Positions 47,907 through 61,453 of a stretch of DNA of 64,000 nucleotides are shown here, in pieces. Each line of letters starts with the position of its first letter. Position 1 is the stretch's first letter. A program made the position numbers and the translations under genes. A model generated the notes under the pieces. The model ran no database searches and was not told the origin of the DNA. It worked only from the letters and a program-made list of their open reading frames with translations. Source of the stretch: Lepidodermella squamata (lineage: Eukaryota > Animalia > Gastrotricha); assembly GCA_047495785.1 (NCBI GenBank), contig JBLDXI010000073.1, positions 310,001 through 374,000 on the forward strand. The letters run 5' to 3'.

Positions 47907-49379
47907 TTATTGGGAAAATGAATTTGCCATTGAGGCTCTGCGGTTGCGTAGAAGCAGTCCTTTCCATATGGCAAAACCCATCAGGGTAGTTGAACATTCA
48001 GCTAAGAAATGCAGCATATTGTAACTCTCCCGCATCAGCTCAATCACATCACAAGCGTAAACAGCATCTTCTGGTTCAAAATAGTTCAACACCATTTTGT
48101 AAGCTGCAGCGTATAGAGCGTGAATCAGAAATAGCGTCTTGATTAAAAAATAAATGATTGTCATTCTTTTCTCTTCATTCTCCTCCATTCCGTATTTGGA
48201 AATCGACCATCTCCGCGTTTTTGTATGTTTTCGGCGTGTTATCAAGGCTGAGCAGATGAAGTAGTAGCAGTAGATCGCACAGCCTGTTGTCGCCATGGAA
48301 ATGATCTTTTCGAATCCGTTGATTAATTGCTGGCTCCAGGTTCCTGGCACGGGAGGCTCGGAAGCGACTCGCCATATGTCATCAGCCGGGCCTTTGCGCA
48401 CCTTGTAGATCAGTTCAACGCTTATCCATACTTTCACGGCCGCAATCTGGAAAAATATACGTTAAAGGATCGAAATGCTCACGTCACTCCACAATCAAAA
48501 CGGGGTATTGATGAGTTAGAGTACTGCCACGGCCATATTTAAGTATTGATTCGGAGTGGTGTCAATATCCTGGGGTTATGGTTAGGGTTAGGGTTAGGGT
48601 TAGGCTTCTACCCTCATTCATGGGGTTTTGCCTGGGTAAGCCTAAGGACTGAAAATTTGGTTTTGCCGAGGTTAGGCCTAGTTGAGCTAAGAGGGAGCTT
48701 GCCATTGAAAGTTGAGGTTAGGGTCAGGGTTAGGGTTAGTTTTAATTTTTGGGTATTAAGTCAACATTATCAATTTAATTTAGGTTTAGAATTAGAAACT
48801 AGAAATTCGGTTGGATTTTAGTTTGGTATTTGTTTCAAGAGCTATCGTCCACTCTAAAAAAAAACGTTCACTCACCTGTATGGCGAAAAAATAGCTGTAG
48901 AAAGCGGTATTAGGACTATAGCTACCAGAACCCTTTAGCCGAAGGTATCGCTCGATGCCAAACGAAGCGACCACCATGTAATTGCACCAATGAGCTATAT
49001 CATTGCCCAGCAGCGAGAAAGATTTGACGAATAGCGCCAGAACATAGCCGGGCGCGCCGCTCTGAGGCCCGCCGACCACCGGGAAGGACGCCTTGAAGAA
49101 AATGTGAGGAATTTTACACAGGAAATACATAAAAGTGTTGAAATTGATGATTCGCAGCAGTTGATACGCCGGCTCCCAGAAAATGTTGCCGACAAAGCCT
49201 CGGAAGGCGAATTTCCGGTTTAACTCTCGAAACAGCGCTACATTTAGTATCATGAATATCATGGTTCCGAATGGGTAGACATAGGTTGCGAAGATTTGCC
49301 GAGCGTACGCGCCGTAACAACAAACGCCTCGATAGCCCATTGCAGTCTCATTGGGGCAAGTGCCAAGCGAAACGCTCAT
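47907..49379 (-). CDS. orphan rhodopsin-like (class A) 7TM receptor; exons 49379-48876, 48446-47907 (~347 aa)
   Basis: TM1 ..MILN, TM3 ASFGIERY (DRY-like), seven hydrophobic segments; phase-0 GTGAGT/TTCCAG intron. Confidence 0.75.
48572..48795 (+). repeat. degenerate (TTAGGG)n-like tract, intronic
   Basis: GGTTAGGGTTAGGGTTAGGGTTAGG and variants. Confidence 0.75.
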
Positions 49380-50019
49380 GTTCGCGACAACATGCGACAA
49401 ATGAGTGAGCAGCCGGTTTTACTTTGACTTATCGCCCCGTTCTACTTTATCAGTAGCAATGGGCCGCCATGATATTGAAATTCGCCAGGTGGGCTAACCG
49501 ATAAGATTCCTACTTAATTAAAAACTATCGGCTATTCTATTTCAACAGATGTGATCCATTTTTTCGTAGAATCACTCTAGTGTAAAAATAAAACAAAATT
49601 TATTTGGCTACGTAATAAACCTTGTTTGAATCGAAGCTAGCTCGCAGTAGCTGGTCATTGGTTATCTCCTCCTTCGGATCCATTTGAGTCTTGCAGCTCA
49701 GAAATGATGAAAATGACGAAAAATTCGTACTAATTGGCTATTTCTTTATTATGTATCTCATTCAAGTATTTCTAATTCAAGTTCTACTGTGGGGGTGGGT
49801 GAGGATCATTCTTTACCTGCCTTCGCCCTCTTCAAAACCGGAAAAGGTACATGACGTTTAGTCCCGAAGAGGAAAAATAAAACTATTATTATTATTATTT
49901 TCAAGTATGTACTGCTTAAGTGATTTCCCTAACATTTCAACTCATCTGAAATGTTGTAGCTCGGAACAGGAACTATTTATAATTCATCGATTTTTCAAAA
50001 CAAGTTAGAATTGTTAATT

Positions 50020-52057
50020 TCAATTAAGCTTCGTTCTCTCTCGAGGGTGCACGGTCTCATCATTCCGTTCTCCGGCTGAGATGAGAATGTCAATGGTTTT
50101 CAGCTTGTTTTCAACCGACACGAAATCCTCGCAATTCTGAGCGAGGAGTAGAGCTGTCCAGCCTGTCGACGGCGCTCTGTAATTGGCATCAGCTCCCGCC
50201 TCCCGTGTTAGAACATCTACAACGTTGTGGTGGCCTTTCACTGCTGCACACATGAGTGGTGTCATCCATTTTTCAGGCGATTTTTGACCGAGTATCCTCG
50301 ACAACCGGGATGAGACCTCATTGTTGATGCACAGAGCATTTACATCGGCATTGAATTCCACGGCTAGATTTCTCACGATTTCCGCGTGTTCACTCCGAGA
50401 AGCATAATGCAAAGGAGTCTCGCCATCTTCGTCAGATGCATTAACGTCAGCTTTGAATTCTCCGACAAGAATTCTCACGATTTCCGCGTGTCCCTTCTCA
50501 GCAGCGTAATGCAAAGGTGTCCTGCCAATTTCATCAGAGGCATTAACGTCAGCTTTGAATTCTCCGGCAAGAATTCTCACGATTTCCGCGTGTCCATTTC
50601 CAGCAGCGTAATGCAGGGGAGTTTCGCCAAATTTTTTAGAGGCATTAACGTCAGCTGTGAATTCTCCGGCAAGAATTCTCACGAATTCGGCGTGTCCATT
50701 CTCAGCAGCGTTATGCAAGGGAGTATCGCCATCTTCAGCAGAGGCATTAAAGTCAGCTTTGAATTCTGCGGCAAGAATTCTCACGATTTCCGCGTGTCCG
50801 TTTCGAGCAGCGATGTGCAAGGGAGTCCAGCCATATCGATTAGAGGCATTAACATCAGCCTTGTATACTTCGGGAAGAATTTTCACGATATCCTCGTGTC
50901 CATTTCGAGCAGCGATGTGCAAGGGAGTCTCGCCTTCATGATTAATGTCTCCAACATTGTCTTCTTTGGCAATAATTTTTAAGATCTCAGCGTGTCCTTC
51001 TCGGGCTGCGATGTGTAGCGATGTTGTTCCATCTCTCGATCTTGCGTTTGCTCTAGCTTTGAGTTCCACCACAAGTAAAACAACCAAGTCTATGTGGCCT
51101 CTAAGCACGGCCAAATGTAAGGGTGTATAGCCCGAATTCATAGTCGTGTTCACATCTTTTGTGAATTCAGTTGCTAGAACTCTTGCAAGTTCCACATGGC
51201 CTTCCATTGCAGCAGCATGTAACAAAGTCATGCCTTGCTCATTCGTTATTTGAGTGTTCGCTCCCATTTCTTTCGCTAACAATTTAACAGTCGTAGAGTG
51301 GCCGTTCTCAGCTGCAGCCCATATCGGTGTCTTACCATCTGCAGCTGCCGTCTCAACACTTCTCTGTGGCAACTTTCCAAGAATTCTGGCTATCTTTGCT
51401 CGACCATTATCAGAGGCAACGTACATCGGCGTTCTTCCCAATTTGTCCGTAGATAATGGATCGGCGTTGAATTTTGTCACCAGAAGATCGACTATATCAT
51501 CACGGCCCTCTTGTGCAGCCAGAAACAATGGGGTAACACCTTCATCATTCTTGCAGTTGACATCTAACTTCAAAGTTGATAACAACGATTCAATTTCTCC
51601 CGTTTTGTGGTGTCTGATGAGACGAAAGAGACGCTGGAACGACATGGAAGAGTATAACTACAATTTTTGTATCGAGTTCGCATACCATCTGCGGTGAATT
51701 TGGATCAAACAACTGTGCTGGATTGATCTCCTGAGAGGTGTTTATGACTTGCTGGGAATTCGGATCATTCAGCGAGTTTAGAAGAACCAGCGGCTCGATG
51801 CGGCTTGATCTATCTTTAACTAAACACGCCAATATAATGTTTCGGAATGCAGGCGAATAACCGCGTGTATTGTCAAACATTGGAGAATTTCTGCTAATAC
51901 ACCGTAGAGATTATCCACTATAAATTCTGGGCTGAAACTTACGTCAAGATTTCCAGGACACTTTTGAACTGAAAAGAACCCACGGGGTGACATGACGTGA
52001 AAAGTTTGAAAATAAAACTAACAGGCAAGTAAAAATTCGCTAGCTCGAACATCGTCA
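50020..52057 (-). CDS. kinase-ANK unit C, 5'-truncated: part of exon 4, exons 51968-51943, 51893-51686, intact ANK exon 51633-50020
   Basis: Near-identical to unit A from 59128 down to the deletion point (offset 7071); lacks kinase exons 1-3. Confidence 0.7.
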
Positions 52058-55000
52058 TTCTCCGGCAAGAATTCTCACGATTTCCGCGTGTCCCTTCTCA
52101 GCAGCGTAATGCAAAGGTGTCCTGCCAATTTCATCAGAGGCATTAACGTCAGCTTTGAATTCTCCGGCAAGAATTCTCACGATTTCCGCGTGTCCATTTC
52201 CAGCAGCGTAATGCAGGGGAGTTTCGCCAAATTTTTTAGAGGCATTAACGTCAGCTGTGAATTCTCCGGCAAGAATTCTCACGAATTCGGCGTGTCCATT
52301 CTCAGCAGCGAAACGCAAGGGAGTCCAGCCATATAGATTAGAGGCATTAACGTCAGCTTTGAATTCTCCGGCTAGAATTCTCACGATTTCGGCGTGTCCA
52401 TTCTCAGCAGCGTTATGCAAGGGAGTTTCACCATAGTGATTAGAGGCATTAACGTCAGCTTTGAATTCTCCGGCAAGAATTCTCACGATTTCCGCGTGTC
52501 CTTTCTCAGCAGCGATGTGCAAGGGAGTTCCGCAAAATAATTTAGAGGCATTTACGTCGGCTCTGAATTCTCCGACAAGAATTCTCACGATTTCCGCGTG
52601 TCCATTCCGAGCAGCGATGTGCAAGGGAGTTTCGCCGCTTTTGGAATTGGCATTAACGTCAGCTTTGAATTCGCCGGCAAGAATTCTCACGATTTCCGCG
52701 TGTCCATCCCTAGCAGCGTAATGCAAGGGAGTCTCGCCAAATATATCAGAGGCCTTAACGTCAGCTTTGAATTCTCCGGCAAGAATTCTCACGATTTCCG
52801 CGTGTCCATTCCGAGCAGCGATGTGCAAGGAAGTTTCGCCGCTTTTGGAATTGGCATTAACGTCAGCTTTGAATTCGCCGGCAAGAATTCTCACGATTTC
52901 CGCGTGTCCAAACTGAGCAGCGCAATGCAAAGGAGTCCCGGCAATTTTATAAGAGGCATTAACGTCAGCTTTGAATTCTCCGGCAAGAATTCTAACGATT
53001 TCCGTGTGTCCTTTCTTAGCAGCGATGTGCAAGGAAGTCTCGCGTTCATGATTAATGTCTCTAACATTGTCTTCCTTGGCAATAATTTTTAAGATCCCAG
53101 CGTGTCCTTCTCGTGCTGCGATGTGTAACGGCGTCATGCCAGCTCTCGATTTAGCGTTTGCTTTAGCTTTGAATTCCGCCACAAGTAAAATAACCATGTC
53201 CATGTGGCCTCTGAGCACGGCCAAATGTAAGGGTGTATAGCCCGAATTCATAGTCGTGTTCACATCTTTTATGAATTCAGTTGCTAGAAATCTTGCAACT
53301 TCCACATGACCTTCCAACGCAGCGACATGTAACAAAGTCATGCCTTGCTCATTCGTTTTTTGAGTGTTCGCTCCCATTTCTTTCGCTAACAATTTAACAG
53401 TCGTAGAGTGGCCGTTCTCAGCTGCAGCCCATATCGGCGTCTTACCATCTGCAGCTGCCGTCTCAACACTTCTCTGTGGCAATTTTCCAAGAATTCTTGC
53501 TATCTTTGCTCGACCATTATCAGAGGCAACGTACATCGGCGTTCTTTCCAATTTGTCCGTAGATAATGGATCGGCGTTGAACTTTGTCACCAGAAGATCT
53601 ACTATATCATCACGGCCCTCTTGTGCAGCCAGAAACAGCGGCGTAAAGCCTTCGTCATTCTTACAGTTCACGTCCAATTTCAGCGCTGAGTTTGATAACA
53701 ACGATTCGATCTGTTCTGTTTTGTGTTGCCTGATGAGTCGGAAGAGATACTGAAAAGACGAAGTAAAACTAAGAATTCGTTATAGAATATTGAATTCACT
53801 TACCATCTGCGCAACTTTTGGATCTAACAACTCCGTGAAACTGAACTCATGAGCGCTGTTCATGATCAGCGGAGAATATGGATCATTCAAAGATTTGAAT
53901 AGATCTAGCGGCGGGATACGGCTCGAACTGTCTTTCACCAAAAATGCCAAAATTATGTTTCGGAACTCGGGCGAATAGCCACGCGAATCGTCAAAAGGTT
54001 TTCGAATGTTTCTGAAAATGTGTTATCGTGATTCTCCTAAGATTTTAAGGCATAGAACTTACAGCATGATATCCAGGGCATTCTCAAACTGGGAAGAAGC
54101 CACGTGGTAAAAAAGTAAAAGACTTGGAAATAAAGCTAACAGGCCTGTAAAAATTGGCCAATTCGAACAAAGTTACACCCAACGACCACCAATCGCTTTC
54201 ATTCGAGTGCTCATTTTTGCCAAATAATTCAGGCGCCATGTACAGCTCGGTACCAAGCCTGAAGTTGTACGCTGTCCTTTGGATACTGTTTGATGAGCTT
54301 GAAGAGTTGTTGACACATTGTGGAACAGTTATTGTAATGAATCGATTCATCAGTTTTTACCTATCATAAATCTTCGTCAGACCGAAATCGCCGAGTTTCA
54401 CCGCACCGTTTTGCAGGAAAATATTTTTCGGCTTGATGTCTCGATGGAGCGCTTGCTTTTCATGCAGAAAAGCCAGAGCCGAAGAAAGTTGTAGCGACCA
54501 TTTTAAGAGCAAATCTTGAGGAATGGGCGCGTTTGCTTTCTTCATGTAGTCATCCAAGTCTCCACCCGAACAGTATTCCATGACAAGGTAATAAATGTCA
54601 GAACGATGAGCGTCTTTTTCTGAAAAAGGAGAAACCATAATACAGTATGGGGCGTAAATGTTGAGACGAGTTCAAGTCCTCACAGCTCCCCTGATTTCCG
54701 GCTGGACAATTTTCATCAAACATATACACCATTGGATAGCCCAAGAAAAAAGGATCCTTGTCGCAAATTTGCGTTCAATTTGGAATCTCTGGCCTAAATT
54801 GCATGCTCGTTCAATTTTAATGTTTTTTCTCGGGCTTCTCATCAATTGGGTAAAATTCAGTACTACCTACCTAAGAAAGCTCCATGAACTTGAACAATAA
54901 ATGGGTGTGACAATTTGGCCAATTTTTCATGCTAGAAATGTAAAAAGACTTATAAATAGGTTGTAAACGGAGCACGGTGAAAATCGTTACTTCTGCCTTG

Positions 55001-55209
55001 CTCAACTTGACCAGTCTTTCTGCGAAACTGGGTTCCGTGGAGTAAATTTCAAGAATTCGCGTAAGGTTTACAGCTTTGACAGCGAAAGGCGCCACGTCGT
55101 TGCATGTCCGCCTGCATAGCACCGTTGAGCCGAAGTAACCGCTCCCTAATGACTTCTCGATTACGAACTCCTGCATTGAATAAAACGTATCATCCACTGC
55201 TGCAGCCAT
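52055..55209 (-). CDS. NEK-like Ser/Thr kinase + ankyrin repeats, unit B; exons 55209-54991, 54931-54871, 54619-54361, 54297-54141, 54088-54063, 54011-53804, 53749-52055 (~874 aa)
   Basis: GSGYFG, AVK, MEYCSGGDL, HRDIKPKNIFL, DFG, GTELYMAPE, DWWSLG; all introns phase-compatible; the ANK array ends at the junction with unit C. Confidence 0.85.
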
Positions 55210-55774
55210 GATCTCGATGAACGAATTAATTATAAAATTAGGTAACGCTAGTACATTTAACATTTAACTAGCTGATAAATCATACGGCGCCACTTTACTT
55301 AAGTGAGCTGCGATTTCAAATGAAATGCGATTTTGAAGTCCTGCATTGAAAAATACGTATTTTCCACACCTGCAGCCATGATTTCCACTCGTTGAACAAA
55401 ATGAATTCACAATACAGTATGCAATTGGCTTAAAAAAAAGTTACGCATTAGGTTGAAAAACGATGACTATATGGTATATACTATAGGTATGACATTGGAA
55501 TAATTGTATAATATATAGTCGAGTGTACTCGTACGCCAGAAAATGAACACAACACTATGCGCATTTTTTAACGAAACATTTACTTCCAGGCCGGATAAAC
55601 GCAGTAGATTTTCCGCCGGTTAAATGGAGAAAAGTTCGATCTAATATAATATTCAGTCTCCTCCTGAGCAGTACTTCATGACAAGGAAAAAAATTAAATA
55701 TACAGAAGCTACCCTGAGATGAAAATGTAATCAACGTTGCTGTGGAAGAAGTCGACAGAAAAGAGAGTTACAAG

Positions 55775-56018
55775 CAGGTTGCGATCTTCGATCCCCGAGC
55801 TCCCAGGGATGGAAAAATCTTTTTTGCTGTTTTTGCCAAAATGACGAGTCATCCGAGCGAAGCGAGAAAATTTTTGAGATTTTCCACTAAAACACGCCCC
55901 AGAACCTTCCAAAATTAACAAAACAGTGGGATAAATTCTCATTTTGCTGTCTGGCCCGGCCGAGCTGGGGGGGATGATCCCCCCCCCACCCCCCCCCCCC
56001 CCTGAAAGTCGCACACTG
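55775..56018. mobile_element. hAT-type MITE
   Basis: CAGGTTGCGA / TCGCACACTG ends; perfect 8-bp TSD GTTACAAG. Confidence 0.85.
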
Positions 56019-56132
56019 GTTACAAGGCGTTTGAAGTGATATGTGGTCGAGTGAAACTACTTTGTATAGCGATTTCTACTTCCTGTTTTTACTTTTTTCC
56101 CTCTTTTGCTATGAATAATGCGGATGAATGAT

Positions 56133-56270
56133 GCCGACTTATTTTCACTTGGCATCGAATACCGCACTGAGTCATTGCCATTTTTTGTCGTGATCGAATA
56201 ATTTTTGTGATGCACATAGCACTTTTTGTGCCCTATTCGAACTCATGCTATGGAGATAGCACTTTTTCTG
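56133..56270 (+). repeat. dispersed repeat, also at ~5355-5500
   Basis: GACTTATTTTCACTTGGCATCGAATACCGCACTGA.TCATTGCCA is shared between the two sites. Confidence 0.75.
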
Positions 56271-56590
56271 ATGGAAAAAGAATGACCTGGAAAAAAATCC
56301 ACGAATGTGGAGATAGGACTTTTGATCCCTGGCGAATTTTGAAATGCGTTTTTCATATTATTGACCAGCGTGAAAAACTGAGTTAGGAACTGGAAAAAAC
56401 CCAATTTCGATTTTTGATGGAGATAGGACTTTTAGCCGCACCAACGACGATTTAGCTACGTAATAAGCCTTGTTTGAATTGAGGCTAGCTCGCAGTAGCT
56501 GGTAATTGGTTATCTCCTCCAGCGAATCCAATCGAGTCTTGCAGCTCAGAAATGATGAAAATAATGAAAAACTAGAACGAATTGTTAACT

Positions 56591-59500
56591 TCAATTAGGC
56601 TCCGTTCTCTCTCGAGGGTGCACAGTCTCATCATTCCGTTCTCCGGCTGAGATGAGAATGTCTATTGTTTTGAGCTTGTTTACGTCCGACACGTATTCGC
56701 AATTCTGAGCGAGGAATAGAGCTGTCCAGCCTGTCGACGGCGTTCTGTAATTGGCATCAGCTACCGCCTCCCGTGTTAGAACATCTACAACGTTGTAGTG
56801 GCCTTTCACTGATGCACACATGAGCGGTGTCATCCATTTTTCAGATGACGATTTGTTACCGAGTATCTTCGACATCGGCAACCGCGATAAGGCATTTTCG
56901 ATGCACAGAGCATTTAAATCGGCATTGAATTCGCCGGCCAGAATTCTCACGATTTCCGCGTGTCCATTCCGAGCAGCTTTATGCAAGGGAGTCTCGCCAT
57001 CTTTATCAGAGGAATTAACGTCAGCTTTGAATTCTCCGGCTAGAATTCTCACGATTTCCACGTGTTCATTCCGAACAGCGATGTGCAAGGGAGTAATGCC
57101 ATGTTTATTAGAGGCATTAACGTCAGCTTTGAATTCTCCGGCAAGAAATCTCACGATTTCCGCGTGTCCATTCTCAGCAGCGTCATGCAAGGGAGTATAC
57201 CCAAAACATTCAGAGGCATTGACATCTGCTTTTAATTCTCCAGCTAGAATTCTCGCGATTGCCGCGTGTCCATTCTGAACAGCGATGTGCAAGGGAGTTT
57301 CGCCAATTATATTTACGCCAGCTCTGAATTCTCCGGCAAGATATCTCACGATTTCCACGTGTTCATTCCGAACAGCGATGTGCAAGGGAGTTCCGTTATT
57401 TCTATCACAGGCATTAACGTCAGCTTTGAATTCTCCGGCAAGAATTCTCACGATTTCCGCGTATCCTTTCGAAGCAGTGATGTGCAAAGGAGTCTCGCCA
57501 TATCGATTGGAGGCATTAACGTCAGCTCTGAATTCTCCGGCTAGAATTCTCACGATTTCCGCGTATCCTTGCGAAGCAGCGTAATGCAAGGGAGTCTCGC
57601 CACTTTTGGAATTGACATTAACGTCAGCTTTGAATTCTCCGGCAAGAATTCTGACGATTTCCGCGTGTCTATACAGAGCAGCGAAGTGCAAGGGAGTCTC
57701 GCCATCTTTATCAGAGGCATTAACGTCAGCTCTGAATTCTCCGGCAAGAATTCTCACGATTTCCGCGTATCCTTTCGAAGCAGCGATGTGCAAGGGAGTT
57801 TCGCCAAATCTTTTAGAGGCATTAACGTCAGCTCTGAATTCGCCGGCAAGAATTCTAACGATTTCCGCGTGTCCTTGCAAGGCAGCGTAATGCAAAGGAG
57901 TCTTGCGATATTGATTAGAGGCATTAACGTCAGCTTTGAATTCTCTGGCAAGAATTCTCACGATTTCCGCGTGTCCATTCTCAGCAGCGTCATGCAAGGG
58001 AGTATCGCCATCTTCAGCAGAGGCATTAAAGTCAGCTTTGAATTCTGCGGCAAGAATTCTCACGATTTCCGCGTGTCCGTTTCGAGCAGCGATGTGCAAG
58101 GGAGTCCAGCCATATCGATTAGAGGCATTAACATCAGCCTTGTATACTTCGGGAAGAATTTTCACGATATCCTCGGCACGGCCAAATGTAAGGGTGTATA
58201 GCCCGAATTCATAGTCGTGTTCACATCTTTTGTGAATTCAGTTGCTAGAACTCTTGCAAGTTCCACATGGCCTTCCATTGCAGCAGCATGTAACAAAGTC
58301 ATGCCTTGCTCATTCGTTATTTGAGTGTTCGCTCCCATTTCTTTCGCTAACAATTTAACAGTCGTAGAGTGGCCGTTCTCAGCTGCAGCCCATATCGGTG
58401 TCTTACCATCTGCAGCTGCCGTCTCAACACTTCTCTGTGGCAACTTTCCAAGAATTCTGGCTATCTTTGCTCGACCATTATCAGAGGCAACGTACATCGG
58501 CGTTCTTCCCAATTTGTCCGTAGATAATGGATCGGCGTTGAATTTTGTCACCAGAAGATCGACTATATCATCACGGCCCTCTTGTGCAGCCAGAAACAAC
58601 GGGGTAACACCTTCATCATTCTTGCAGTTGACATCTAACTTCAAAGTTGATAACAACGATTCAATTTCTCCCGTTTTGTGGTGTCTGATGAGACGAAAGA
58701 GACGCTGGAACGACATGGAAGAGTATAACTACAATTTTTGTATCGAGTTCGCATACCATCTGCGGTGAATTTGGATCAAACAACTGTGCTGGATTGATCT
58801 CCTGAGAGGTGTTTATGACTTGCTGGGAATTCGGATCATTCAGCGAGTTTAGAAGAACCAGCGGCTCGATGCGGCTTGATCTATCTTTAACTAAACACGC
58901 CAATATAATGTTTCGGAATGCAGGCGAATAACCGCGTGTATTGTCAAACATTGGAGAATTTCTGCTAATACACCGTAGAGATTATCCACTATAAATTCTG
59001 GGCTGAAACTTACGTCAAGATTTCCAGGACACTTTTGAACTGAAAAGAACCCACGGGGTGACATGACGTGAAAAGTTTGAAAATAAAACTAACAGGCAAG
59101 TAAAAATTCGCTAGCTCGAACATCGTCACACCCAAAGACCACCAATCACTCTCGATTGAGTGCTTGCCATTCCTGTCAAACAATTCCGGCGCCATGTACA
59201 GCTCGGTACCAAGCCTGAAGTTGTAAACTGACTGCTTGCTATCTGAAGAGCTATTGACGTTATTGACAGTTTTTTTGAAAATTCATCATGACGAATAGAT
59301 TAATATTCTCTCACGTAATATCTTCATAAATCTTCGTCAACCCAAAATCGCCAAGTTTTACTGTATCGTTGTGCAGGAAAATATTTTTCGGCTTGACGTC
59401 ACGATGGAGTGCTCGCTTTTCATGCAGAGCAGCCAGTGCCGAAGCTAGCTGTCCCAACCACTCTAACAGCAAGTTTTCAGGAATGGGAGCTATAGCTTTC

Positions 59501-60126
59501 TTCATGTACTCGTCCAAGTCTCCACCTGAGCAGTATTCCATTACGAGGTAATAGATATCAGCTCCAGAAGCTCCCTCATCTTTAAAAAAAAAATAGGAAT
59601 CCGGGTGTAGGGAATTAAAGAATTTTTCGAAATGTGTCAAATTTTGATCACAGTGCAAAAATGTATCCCTCGCTGTCGTCAAACTAGGTTAAAAGGGTTA
59701 AGGTTAACATATTTATGAGTTTCAATCGGTTGATATTGCAAAGTGCGGTGAAACATATCAAACCATGGTATTCATTCCATACGACCTATCTCTTACCTCT
59801 AAATGCACCGTAAACATTTACGATATGTGGATGTGTCAATCGTGCCAATTTTTCACCCTGCAATAATAATTACTAAAATATATAGCTTCTGGAAAGTTGA
59901 GCATGACAACCTCGTCCTCGTTCAGCTTTACTAGTCGCTTAGCAAAATCGGGATCCTTTGAATAAAGATCACGAATTCGGGAGAGGTTTACTGCCTTCAC
60001 AGCGTAAGGCGCCACGTCGTTGATTCGACTGCATAGCATCGCTGTGCCGAAGAAACCCTCTCCCAGTGTCTTCTCATAGTTGTAGCCATGAAGTGAAAGA
60101 AACTCCTCATCCACAGCTTCAGCCAT
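56591..60126 (-). pseudogene. NEK-like kinase-ANK unit A; intact kinase exons, frameshifted ANK exon
   Basis: Exons 60126-59911, 59857-59797, 59579-59315, 59250-59094, 59039-59014, 58964-58757, 58704-; a 208-bp deletion at 58175/58176 relative to unit C gives a stop at 58162, while the downstream ANK frame stays open to 56591. Confidence 0.8.
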
Positions 60127-61453
60127 ATAGTTACGGCAGTCTTCTGATGTGAAATGAACCTGATGCAACAGAAACAGCTAATTTACAGATATACACTACC
60201 AAAGCCATGTTTTCGAAGAATTTTGCTGTTACTGATAAGTGTTTATAATATAAAATTGACGATTATGCGTCTCTATTCCGGGCTAACACGCCGTTCCGCC
60301 GCTTGATAAGACGAAAGCATTTAAGAATGTACGTGCTAATTTATCATTCTGGGGTAATAGAGATAAAACAGATGTATCTTTAGAGACGCGCTCTAAAACA
60401 AGTATAATTATGCATTGTTAAGTAAAAAGTAAATGGCGCCATTGACCGTCAATGGGAACGAGTAACAGGGCCTTAGCACTGGGCCCTATTTAGCGGATTT
60501 CACAAGATGAAAGAATCTTAAATATTTAGGTGATCGCACGACTGAAAGTTTCACACGGGAGTCACAAGTCTTAGTAACGATCGATTGATCAATCGGAGTG
60601 AGCAATTGAATAGGACGTTCGAGTGATTGCATTATAACAGGTGAAATCATCCTCGATCAGGAATGAAAACTGATGCAGTTGAATTCAAGGCTTGAAACTC
60701 ATCTCGGGATTGTTGAGGATTGTTATAAAATATTACCACTGTCGGCCTGCGGCCTTTGACAGTTGACGGGGAACTCCGTGACTTTGACAAGCACATGGGC
60801 ACGTGTGACCTAAAACATGCATAACCTAACACCTAACACCTAAATATAACGTTTTCGTGCACATCCTTGAATTGCTGCCCAGCTTTGCGCATTGCGCACA
60901 GAAACCATGTAGCGTGTCACCCACGCGCGACGACGGCGTAATTCGCAGGATTGATCCTTCATTTGAGAGTCATTCGGTAACCGCCACCTACACCACTTGG
61001 CATTAGGGTCCATATCACGCAGCTTATCAAGTTACGCAGTAGCCCGGGCTCTTATTCGAGAAGTGGGCTTGCAAGTCAATGCATCGTTGCTTAGGTCGGC
61101 TTCAATTCAAGCTGCAAATCACGAATGTGCTAGTATTCGAACATGTACGTGTTAGTCACATTTGCTTATTATTCGATAAAAATAGCGCGCATAGTAATGG
61201 TTTTTACGTAAACGTAAGCGTGTCTGGGAATGTGGAATGTGCTATTACCGTTAGTCGCCGGTCAAAAGTTGCCATGTCGCAAAATAGTACGAATTGCGTG
61301 TACTAGGAAGCTTTTTTTAAAGGAAAGACAGGTGAATCAGGTGAAAGACGCCATGTCACAAGAGTCAGCATATCATCCGATGTTGTGCGTCGATGTCGTG
61401 CGCACAACTGCGCAGCAACTGGCACACCCTAATCCTCCAGTAAATGGGATTCA

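Noticed and set aside
55330-55385. Extra kinase start exon
   Set aside because: A short degenerate duplicate of 55165-55212 with no continuing frame.
50340-58160. Regular repeat/variable pattern resembling a CRISPR array
   Set aside because: The period is 99 bp, in frame, and encodes ankyrin repeats; there are no cas genes and the context is eukaryotic.
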